Positions 34,402-42,717 of a stretch of DNA of 59,131 nt are shown piece by piece. This stretch comes from a virus (Duplodnaviria; Caudoviricetes), in the IMG/VR virus record IMGVR_UViG_3300029183_000003, positions 1 to 59,131 of that record, one strand, 5' to 3'. The notes under the pieces are model-generated. The model did no database searches, was not told the origin of the DNA, and worked only from the letters and a program-made list of their open reading frames with translations. Position 1 is the first letter of the stretch, and the number at the start of each line of letters is the position of its first letter. The position numbers and the translations under genes were made by a program.

Positions 34402-37400
34402 CTAACCCGTTGCCAATGCGCCTGAAACGGCCTGTGTTACTTGGTTGGTGAATTGATTCATATCCATCCCGTTATTGATGGTCGGATGGAAGTTGAGTGT
34501 AACCGAACGGCTATTCGAGTTGTTGACGTTGCCGCCTTGGTTGCCGCCTAACCCCGGTATCATTCCTCCCACATTGGGGACTTGCTGTGCTATGCCGCTT
34601 GATGCCTGCTGAATGATCTGGTTCATCGCCGCCGTGGTTGCATCGAGAATGGCGGCAGGATCAGCGTCCAAGCCAAATTGCAGACCGCTGAATATCTCGG
34701 CCTCGAAGGGCAGATCAGCGTCTTTGACTAACTTAATAAGGTCTAATTGCTGCTTAAGAAAGTCTAGTTGACTGCGCTTTTCTTCGATGGCTACTATTTT
34801 GGCCTGAATTTTTTCTTGCTCGATTAACGCTTCGTTAAGTTTGATTTGTTCAATAACGGCAAATTTGACGGTTTGAGCGTCTACGCCTGTTAACCCGTTA
34901 AAGCTACCGCCATTCTCAAGTTGCATCAACATGCGTTGCAACGTAGGCAGCCCAGCTTCGTTCAGATCAAAGTCCAGTAACTCATTAGCGCGTTCGGTTG
35001 TAGTTTTAGCAACAGCTTGTAACTCTTCGATCTCCTTTTGGATCGGGTCAGCAAACTTTCCTGCAAAAAATGACGTAAACCCGCTGAACGAACTTCCTAT
35101 TCCCAACATCTCCTTTAGCGCTTCGTCGGTGTCTTTAATCCTAGACCTGATACCAACAATAAAGCCTTCGGCCACATTCTCGCCTATTTCTGCAAATACT
35201 TTCGACGGCGATCCAATGCCTAAACCCTCACGTGCCCATGCAGGTATGGCATTAACTACATTTTCTGTTATCCAGTTTTGCAACGAACCTATTCTATTAC
35301 CTAGTCCCTGCAAAATACCGCCTACGATGTCTTCGCCTATTTTCACGAAATCATTAGCTACACCTGCCGCCGACTTCAGCGCCTCAAACATCATATCATC
35401 GGCAGCTTGAATTAAATCGGACTTGACGCCGTTTAGCCCCTCTAAGATTCTGAGGACAATATTTTTTCCAGCCTGTTTCAAATCGACGTTTTCAAACATC
35501 TTGGCAATCGCACCTTTAACCAATGCAATCGCCGCCGTTTTTAGCGCGTTCTCCATGCGTTGCAAGCCAGGCAGCATTTCGGTAACTATTTTTTTTCCAG
35601 TTTCCTCAAGGTCTGACTCCCCGATGGCTTTTGAGAATTCGGACAAAATGAAATTAACACCCTTGGTGATTGCTGGGCCTACGTTGTTCCAAGCTGCCAC
35701 TACTAACTCGACAATCCTAGCCCCCACCGATTCCCAATCAACACCTTCGATGGTTTCTGCCATTTGGTTAGACAAGTTTGTCACACCATCAACTAGAGAA
35801 CTGGCAGAATTCGCAAAGCCACTAACTAAAAACTGAATAACCGTCGAACCTAGTGCAGCCCAGTCAATGTCACGAACAAATTCAGCAGCACCGATAACAG
35901 AGTTTTTTAATGTGCCCCAAACCGCGGCCCAATCACCTGTGGCAGCTTGCCACGCCGTTGCTCCAACCGACGCCGCCAAAGCGAAGTTATTCATAAAAAT
36001 ATCGACAACTTGAAGCGCACCAGGGATAAGCGTGTTTGTGATAAACTCTGAGATTGTGCCAAATGCTGAAACAAAACCATCCTTGAATTGAAATATCTGC
36101 TCAATTCGCTCCTCGTCTAAAAAATTATCCAGCACTTCCATCACGCCGAGAAAAGCAGATTCTAATCCGCCATCACCTTGTGCGAAACCACGTGCAAATT
36201 CAGAGAACACGGTTTTCAATGTCTCGATTGCAACAGGTATCTTAACAGCCAACCATTCCCCTAAACTCTCAAAGAACGGCAATAGAACCGAGTCCCCACT
36301 ACTGACCATCTCTAGCGCGGCATCTGCTAAAACACGGAACGCCGGGAGCAACGCATCACCAATCTTTGTCCGCATCGCTTCCATTACGCCGCTGAGAATT
36401 TCCATCGTTCCCTTAAGAGTGTCCATTCTCAAGGCCACAGATTCGGCTGCCGATGTATCGGCCATTGTCGCTTGCAGATTGGCAAATTCCGTTTCACTAA
36501 ATGACGCCATCCCAGCCGCCGCCCTCATTGCGTCAGCACCGAAGATAGTAGACAAAGCGTTGTTTTTCTGTTCGTCTGACAGACCCGCCGTGGCCTGTTG
36601 TAATATCCCGGCAATCTCCGCCATTGACTTCATATTGCCGTTTGCATCAAAGAACTGGTTGCTACCATCCTCGGTAATGATACCCAAGTTATGCATAGCA
36701 GCGGCGGCGCTATCAGATTGCGGTATAAGGCGTTGCAGAAACGTCTTGAATGACGTGCCTGCGTCTGAACCAGATGCGAACAGAGGGGATATAGCCGCGA
36801 TAGAAGCGTTAAAATCATCAAACGACACGCCAACTGTCTGTGCAACACCGCCGCCTTGCGCCAGTGCAAGCGCGTAATCATTTATAGAGAATTTGGAGTT
36901 AACCGTGACAGAGGTAATACCATCGACAGCCTTAGTCATATTCTCGGCTTCAATACCGAAAATAGCCATAGCGTCCGTGGCAATATTGGCCGCCGTGCCG
37001 AAATCCGCACCTGTAGCATTAGCAAGTGTAATGCTTGCCTCCGCTGCGCCGCCCATAATTTCTGTCCACGTGAGACCGTTACGAGCAAGCATTTCCAGTA
37101 CGGCGGCAGCTTCCTGCCCTGTCACCTTGAGATTAGGGTTAATACCCAATTCGAGGATAAGATTTTTAACATCCTCAATATCGGGTTTTGCGCCACTAAA
37201 CACCGAGCGAATATCGGCCACTTGTTGCTCAAGATCAGCCGCCGCTTTGACGCCAGAGATAGCCATTCCACCAATGGCTGCCGTCGCTAAAGCAATGCCA
37301 CCTGTAGCTGCGCCAGCCGCCACCGCGCCTACACCAAGGATAGCCTTGCCCATCGTGCCGAACGAAGACTTGACCTTACCCGCCGTCGAAGACGTGTTGC

Positions 37401-37494
37401 GGTTCATGCCGCCAATCATTGAGTTATATTGATTTGCGCCACGCCTGAAGCTACCTAAATCAAGAACAGCCTCAAGGCCGATTTGTTGGGTCAT
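34402..37494 (-). CDS. Tape measure protein (TP901-like core)
   Basis: GSDAGTSFKT, IFGADAMRAA, Trp-periodic repeats, LGIGSPSKVF. Confidence 0.93.
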   Translation of the reverse strand: MTQQIGLEAVLDLGSFRRGANQYNSMIGGMNRNTSSTAGKVKSSFGTMGKAILGVGAVAAGAATGGIALATAAIGGMAISGVKAAADLEQQVADIRSVFSGAKPDIEDVKNLILELGINPNLKVTGQEAAAVLEMLARNGLTWTEIMGGAAEASITLANATGADFGTAANIATDAMAIFGIEAENMTKAVDGITSVTVNSKFSINDYALALAQGGGVAQTVGVSFDDFNASIAAISPLFASGSDAGTSFKTFLQRLIPQSDSAAAAMHNLGIITEDGSNQFFDANGNMKSMAEIAGILQQATAGLSDEQKNNALSTIFGADAMRAAAGMASFSETEFANLQATMADTSAAESVALRMDTLKGTMEILSGVMEAMRTKIGDALLPAFRVLADAALEMVSSGDSVLLPFFESLGEWLAVKIPVAIETLKTVFSEFARGFAQGDGGLESAFLGVMEVLDNFLDEERIEQIFQFKDGFVSAFGTISEFITNTLIPGALQVVDIFMNNFALAASVGATAWQAATGDWAAVWGTLKNSVIGAAEFVRDIDWAALGSTVIQFLVSGFANSASSLVDGVTNLSNQMAETIEGVDWESVGARIVELVVAAWNNVGPAITKGVNFILSEFSKAIGESDLEETGKKIVTEMLPGLQRMENALKTAAIALVKGAIAKMFENVDLKQAGKNIVLRILEGLNGVKSDLIQAADDMMFEALKSAAGVANDFVKIGEDIVGGILQGLGNRIGSLQNWITENVVNAIPAWAREGLGIGSPSKVFAEIGENVAEGFIVGIRSRIKDTDEALKEMLGIGSSFSGFTSFFAGKFADPIQKEIEELQAVAKTTTERANELLDFDLNEAGLPTLQRMLMQLENGGSFNGLTGVDAQTVKFAVIEQIKLNEALIEQEKIQAKIVAIEEKRSQLDFLKQQLDLIKLVKDADLPFEAEIFSGLQFGLDADPAAILDATTAAMNQIIQQASSGIAQQVPNVGGMIPGLGGNQGGNVNNSNSRSVTLNFHPTINNGMDMNQFTNQVTQAVSGALATG

Positions 37495-37745
37495 TTTTTG
37501 CGCTTACTCTTTATTTCGGCTTGTTTAGCGTTCCAAGCACTCATGATCGCCTTGGCTTTGTTAGTTGCTATCATCCACACGCGGTCTTCGTATGAGGCGG
37601 CGAACCACTCAGACGGCAACATCCCACGCCGTTCTGCTATGTCCATTTCCATAAATCTAGTGCTATACGTCCAGCCATCGCCTTGATCGCCTTCAAGTGT
37701 ATACTCAATATCTTCGATAGGGATGCCGTTGTACTCAGGAACGAA
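37491..37745 (-). CDS. Tail assembly chaperone extension (gpT-like), frameshift-accessed
   Basis: Overlaps the chaperone end in the +1 frame; GMLPSEW...EDR..M motif. Confidence 0.65.
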   Translation of the reverse strand, partial: FVPEYNGIPIEDIEYTLEGDQGDGWTYSTRFMEMDIAERRGMLPSEWFAASYEDRVWMIATNKAKAIMSAWNAKQAEIKSKRKK

Positions 37746-38340
37746 AGATACGTAAGGCGGCTGCCAAGTCCTCCGATTCTGGCTGCTGTCCAGATTGCTG
37801 CCTGACCAAGCCGCACACAAATATCGAGTCCTCATTCCTTGCCAAAACTTCCAGCTTCAAGAATTCAAACTCAATGTCAGCTTGTTTTTCTGGCAACAAT
37901 TCGCCCGAATCGATTCGAGCTTCTTGCCACGCCGCCAAACCGTCCTTGTATTTCTTGTTGCGGATCGGTTCAACGCCCTCACTGAGCAGCAAGTCAAAAA
38001 TTCGATTAGAGGCATCAGCCGTTACCTCGCCTAACTCTTCCTGGTAGGCATCCCATTTGGCTTGAAACTCAGCTTTACGTTCAGGATCGTCCTCCTCATC
38101 AATCACCGATTGATCGAGGTCGAATGTTTCAGGTGTATCGCCTTCGGCTACCGTCGCCGCATCTTGCTCGTATGTTGGTGGTTTGATACGTCCTGGTTTG
38201 CTTTGAATATCCTCTAACTTGAGAATACTCACACCACGTACTTCTAATTGATAGCCGTTGGTAGTTTCGACTACCGGATACTCAATCTTGTCTGCAAATT
38301 CAGCGACTTTGATGACTTGTCGCTTTTTTTTAGCCATCAT
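37735..38340 (-). CDS. Tail assembly chaperone (gpG-like)
   Basis: Acidic; between the tube and tape measure genes; ends ATC TTT CGT TCC TGA. Confidence 0.75.
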   Translation of the reverse strand: MMAKKKRQVIKVAEFADKIEYPVVETTNGYQLEVRGVSILKLEDIQSKPGRIKPPTYEQDAATVAEGDTPETFDLDQSVIDEEDDPERKAEFQAKWDAYQEELGEVTADASNRIFDLLLSEGVEPIRNKKYKDGLAAWQEARIDSGELLPEKQADIEFEFLKLEVLARNEDSIFVCGLVRQQSGQQPESEDLAAALRIFRS

Positions 38341-38445
38341 TCCCCCACTACTATAGACAAACGGGTAAAGGATTCGCCCGTGGGGGGATGCGAATTCACT
38401 TTACCCGCTATGTCACAAATCAGATATATAGTGTCCCCCAACACC

Positions 38446-39975
38446 TTATGCGGCGGCTGGTTCTAGCAAGCTAAATAGACCGCCTGTACTACCTATTTCA
38501 TCACTAGCAATATATGCCTTTGAGTGATCGTGAACTGACAAGCCATTGAACCCAGTTGGCGACCCAGCAACGAATGTTGTGCCAAACGTGTGCATTTCCC
38601 AACTATAACCGCCATCTACCGAGCGGTACACGATGCCAAACTCGTTAGTATCCGTATACATTCCACACATAAATGCCGTGTACTGATCCAAGAACACAAT
38701 GTCGTTGATTTGGTCAAGCACCGTCACACCACTTGGCAGTGTGAATGTGCGCTGTGTCCAGTTTACGCCATTGTCATTAGTGTAATAAAGCAGACCGTCA
38801 TTGTATCCAATCCAGTATCGGTTTTCATCGATGATGTCAGCGGCTAGAATAGCGTCAGACCCTTGACCGGAAGGCCCGGTCTTTTGCGTCCAGTTTGTAC
38901 CACCGTCGATAGTTACTGCTACCACATTCGATGCACCACCAACAATACCAACTTGCGAGTCTCGGAATCTAACCACATTAAGCGCCGATGTAACAGGCGA
39001 ACCTTGCAGTGACCACGTAACACCTTTGTCAGTGGATTTGGCGATGTCGCCGCCATCGGTAACAGCCCACAAATTGTCACCGTACTGAGCTAATCCTGTG
39101 TGGTATGAAACAAACTCAGCATTTGTGCTGGCAATGTTAACCGCTGTCCACGCGGATGGATCAGGACTGGTGATGTCTACCGTAGCGTAAGCGACTTCTG
39201 CCGGATTACTGGCATCGGTCACGCCACGTGCAGCAACAACGCGGATTTGCGTGTCACTGATTTGGAATGCAACCAATGAGGCGATATGCTCATCATTGCC
39301 AAACGGATCAGCGGTTGCCGCCGTCCAAGTAACACCAGCGTCTGTGCTATACAGCACGTTAGCCGTAACACCTGATCCTGCGTTACCTGCGGCAAACAGA
39401 ATGTCATCAGACTTGCGAACTGGGCCATTAAACCCACCGCGAGACACAATTTTTGGACTGGCGATGGTTTTAATATCTTCGGAATCAGTCGTCGTTTGTC
39501 TGCTTAACGTAAGCGGAAAGTAATCGAGGATCGAATCAGGCGAGCCGGAAAACGAAGCGTTGATCATCGTGGCTTCGTTGCTGTTACGGCTTTTTATGTT
39601 GGTTGCGCCGATAGATGTTTTGAAGATGTCTTGCACTCGCGTGGCAACGTCATAAGAAGTAAACACGTCTTTTTTGCCGCCAATCTTCTGCGGCAAAAAC
39701 GCGGTTGCACCCGCTTGAAACTCTTGCAGAATGCGGTTAGGGCGCGTAGATCGCAACCCTTCAACATCAAATGTCATATCACCAGGCGGTCCCTGGCGAC
39801 GGATGGCGACATTCCACTTACCCTCACGGTTATGGTCGTCGCAATATTCGGTCGTAATTTCGCCCTGGTCTTGCGATACGTCGCTTGCCGTGACGCACGT
39901 GACCAGATACGGCTGGGTGTTCGGGCCGTCCAATTGCACCCAAAGCGCCCCATGGTTGGCAACTGTATTAGCCAT
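38446..39975 (-). CDS. Major tail tube protein fused to a BNR beta-propeller
   Basis: Position; STDAGVTW, STDKGVTW, TIDGGTNW, TNDNGVNW, SVDGGYSW. Confidence 0.65.
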   Translation of the reverse strand: MANTVANHGALWVQLDGPNTQPYLVTCVTASDVSQDQGEITTEYCDDHNREGKWNVAIRRQGPPGDMTFDVEGLRSTRPNRILQEFQAGATAFLPQKIGGKKDVFTSYDVATRVQDIFKTSIGATNIKSRNSNEATMINASFSGSPDSILDYFPLTLSRQTTTDSEDIKTIASPKIVSRGGFNGPVRKSDDILFAAGNAGSGVTANVLYSTDAGVTWTAATADPFGNDEHIASLVAFQISDTQIRVVAARGVTDASNPAEVAYATVDITSPDPSAWTAVNIASTNAEFVSYHTGLAQYGDNLWAVTDGGDIAKSTDKGVTWSLQGSPVTSALNVVRFRDSQVGIVGGASNVVAVTIDGGTNWTQKTGPSGQGSDAILAADIIDENRYWIGYNDGLLYYTNDNGVNWTQRTFTLPSGVTVLDQINDIVFLDQYTAFMCGMYTDTNEFGIVYRSVDGGYSWEMHTFGTTFVAGSPTGFNGLSVHDHSKAYIASDEIGSTGGLFSLLEPAAA

Positions 39976-40234
39976 TACTTAACTCCTTATTACACGATTT
40001 GAGGAAAGCGCCAACCTGCGCGGCGTCACCGTCAAATGCTTTTTCTAAACCCCGCAGATTGTTCAACGCATCGGCGGCGGTGTTTATTCCATTAGCTTCC
40101 AGCCCCTTAATTGTGGCCTCAGCATTGGCAGAATCGGGGATGTGCTTCGCCATTGGATGTGTCGATTCTGCCTTTGCTGTGGCCTTTGGAGCTTTCGCTC
40201 TTTTCCTCTCGGTACTGACAATTTCTTCGGTCAT
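39968..40234 (-). CDS. Hypothetical virion-module protein
   Basis: Overlaps both neighbours. Confidence 0.6.
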   Translation of the reverse strand: MTEEIVSTERKRAKAPKATAKAESTHPMAKHIPDSANAEATIKGLEANGINTAADALNNLRGLEKAFDGDAAQVGAFLKSCNKELSNG

Positions 40235-40725
40235 ATCGAATGTCCTGATTTTGCCGCCCCTTCCTCGAAGCGATCTTGCATTTCTTTAGCGAATAGCGGC
40301 TCTTGATTATCTGCAATTACAGGCGTAAAGTTGCGACCTGCGAAACCTGGATGTCTTGCGAACGGTCTAATCACTGCTGTCCCTGTTGGCCCGCCGCCTC
40401 GCGCTTTGATTGATCCTGGCGTTGTTTTGGCGCGGTATCCTGATTGGAATGCTAATGCTCGCGCTCGCCGTGGTCTGATGATATGTGGTCTTGTGCCATC
40501 GTGAACGTATCCATAAATCGGATCGTTCGTCGTTACGCTAGTCCTAGCTCGCGTGTTGGTCATAGACAACCGCTTATCAAACCCTGGCCTGTGATCCCAC
40601 GTTGAGATCGTGCTGTTGTAATCGGCGGCGATACGGCCTTGTGTTGTTTTCATTCCGGCCTTGATTGGGCCGTTAAATGCACTCAAATCCAACGTGTCAG
40701 CCAGTATCGCCCTAAACTTAGTCAC
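40231..40725 (-). CDS. HK97 gp10-like neck protein
   Basis: YVHDGTRPHIIRP...ALAF...HPG. Confidence 0.75.
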   Translation of the reverse strand: MTKFRAILADTLDLSAFNGPIKAGMKTTQGRIAADYNSTISTWDHRPGFDKRLSMTNTRARTSVTTNDPIYGYVHDGTRPHIIRPRRARALAFQSGYRAKTTPGSIKARGGGPTGTAVIRPFARHPGFAGRNFTPVIADNQEPLFAKEMQDRFEEGAAKSGHSI

Positions 40726-41194
40726 AATCCATCGCCGCCTGAACAGAGAAACGCACAGCAAAGCCGTAATAAAACCGCCCAGATTGTACCGGGCGCTCAA
40801 TCAACCCAATCGTTTGAGGCGTAATAGAACTATTCACCATCGCTATCTCTGGCGACGCTTGAAACGTCTTAACGCCCTCAACTGGATATGCGTCGTCGTC
40901 TCGATACGCTTCTATGAATTCATCGAGCAGACAATGCAGCTGTCCGCCATTGTCGCTATACTCACCTTGGTTAATCGGCTTGTATAGCACCTGCACTTCT
41001 AGCGGCAATATCACATAATTACAGCAATCAAGGCTTATTTCCATGCCTGGTACGAGACTGGTTAGCGCCGTGATGCCATGCTGCGTGTCCACAATCGGCG
41101 GATAGTCGCGCAACGGCGGCGCGTGTTCCACGTTCTTGATGCTTCGGTTAAAATCTTGCACCAAATTGATGGTTGTCTCGATAGGCTGCGTCAC
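40718..41194 (-). CDS. Putative tail terminator/completion protein
   Basis: Position and size. Confidence 0.5.
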   Translation of the reverse strand: MTQPIETTINLVQDFNRSIKNVEHAPPLRDYPPIVDTQHGITALTSLVPGMEISLDCCNYVILPLEVQVLYKPINQGEYSDNGGQLHCLLDEFIEAYRDDDAYPVEGVKTFQASPEIAMVNSSITPQTIGLIERPVQSGRFYYGFAVRFSVQAAMDCD

Positions 41195-42057
41195 GGCAAC
41201 TCCATTTCGTACCGCTTGCGGATTGCCATTGCCTCGCCTGGCAAACTGTTTGGCATAATAACCACGCCAGATGGCGAAGCTAACGGCCTATCATCCAAGC
41301 TGCCTATACTGTCTTTGCGTCTGTACAGATGAGCCGCAATGATAGCTGTTGCCATAACAATATCCGACTGCGGACGATAGATATAGATCGATGTGGTGTC
41401 CGCTTGCGATGCCGCCGTGCTGCCATTGACACCGCGTTTTATAGTCAGCGTTTCACCATCAACCGCCGTGATATATGCGTACTCGGCTGTGCTACTGCTG
41501 CCAAAGCGTATAAGCTGCCCGCGCTGAAAACGCGGATGAAAGCCACGCTCGTCTGCGCCATCGCCATCTGCCACGGTCACGCTTGTAGCCGAGTCGGTGA
41601 TGGTAGTTTGTACCGTGTCGCCACTGTCACCCCAAGCGTCACTCCAATCCTCGTGATAACCCCATATGCCTGTTACACGATTGGCTTCACGCTTTGTACC
41701 ATCCCATTTCCAGCATTTGTCTTCATCGTCCAGCGCAATCACGCTATACGGCGGCCTGTTGCTACTGAGACCGTTTTTGAGGAAATAATCGCCGCTGGCT
41801 ATGGTTTCGCCGCCGTTCTCTGTGGTTAGCGTTGTAACTTCGAGCAAATCACGGTCAAGCAAAAGCAGGTCGTCGGCATCAGTGTAATCCCATTTGTACG
41901 TAGCGTACTCAGGGTAGAAATGACGGCGGCGTCTTGGAATGTCCATCAGCCGTGACGCCTCTATGCACATACGTGTTAGGAGTTGATCGTCTTTGACCAA
42001 ACCAACGTCGTGTCCTAAATACTCACGCAGTTCATAGAGGGTCACGTACTGATTCAT
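41191..42057 (-). CDS. Head-tail adaptor
   Basis: YVTLYELREYLG...ASR..D...VTGIWGY...DIVMATAIIAAHLY. Confidence 0.8.
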   Translation of the reverse strand: MNQYVTLYELREYLGHDVGLVKDDQLLTRMCIEASRLMDIPRRRRHFYPEYATYKWDYTDADDLLLLDRDLLEVTTLTTENGGETIASGDYFLKNGLSSNRPPYSVIALDDEDKCWKWDGTKREANRVTGIWGYHEDWSDAWGDSGDTVQTTITDSATSVTVADGDGADERGFHPRFQRGQLIRFGSSSTAEYAYITAVDGETLTIKRGVNGSTAASQADTTSIYIYRPQSDIVMATAIIAAHLYRRKDSIGSLDDRPLASPSGVVIMPNSLPGEAMAIRKRYEMELP

Positions 42058-42257
42058 TACTTCGTTTCACCGCTTACGGCGGACTCGGTTTCAATAACTT
42101 CTGGGCGCCCATCGACTTCCTGGCGAATCATATTCGCCTCAACCATGCGCTTTAGATGGTCTTCGTCATAAACGTCGGCTGGCACTTCGTCACCAGGCAT
42201 AAGTCGATCAATAAACCGCATAGCAACGTATCGAACTTCAGCTTTCTTTTTAGCCAT
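42057..42257 (-). CDS. Small capsid-adjacent protein
   Basis: PGDEV motif; operon packing. Confidence 0.6.
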   Translation of the reverse strand: MAKKKAEVRYVAMRFIDRLMPGDEVPADVYDEDHLKRMVEANMIRQEVDGRPEVIETESAVSGETK

Positions 42258-42259
42258 CG

Positions 42260-42706
42260 TTAGCTCACGATCTCATCGACAGATGCTAAGTCACTATCAC
42301 TGGCGGGCTGATACCGAGCGCGGCGACCAAGTACAATTCCGCCGCCATCACTGGTAGCTGTAGCGACAGTTATCGACAACCGAACGTGTGTGAAATCACC
42401 CGCCACATCTAACTCGTCAGACCGACAATTGATAATCGCTTGCTTATCACTGTCAGTCCCGGCTTGGGTAAGCTGAGTAATAGACTTGCCCGTGATGTCT
42501 TTTGCACCAGTACCGCTACTGTCGGTTGCCTGTTCGAGCTTGGCGTCCAACGTAGCGGACGAGCCAAGCGTGCCAGCCATCACGATCGCCATAACCTGCT
42601 GAAAGGTGGTCATATCCACCCAATCGGATGTATGCGTGGCGGCTGTCAGCGCATCGGGATCGACAGTTGCGACAACAGCAACCTCTTCACTCATTAAATG
42701 TCCCAT
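42260..42706 (-). CDS. Putative head decoration protein
   Basis: Follows the capsid gene; WVDM...LEQATDSSGTGAKDI. Confidence 0.7.
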   Translation of the reverse strand: MGHLMSEEVAVVATVDPDALTAATHTSDWVDMTTFQQVMAIVMAGTLGSSATLDAKLEQATDSSGTGAKDITGKSITQLTQAGTDSDKQAIINCRSDELDVAGDFTHVRLSITVATATSDGGGIVLGRRARYQPASDSDLASVDEIVS

Positions 42707-42717
42707 ATTTCAACTCC

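Noticed and set aside
32245-37432. Several 130-210-aa plus-strand ORFs in the tail region
   Set aside because: Antisense shadows of the tape measure and tail genes.
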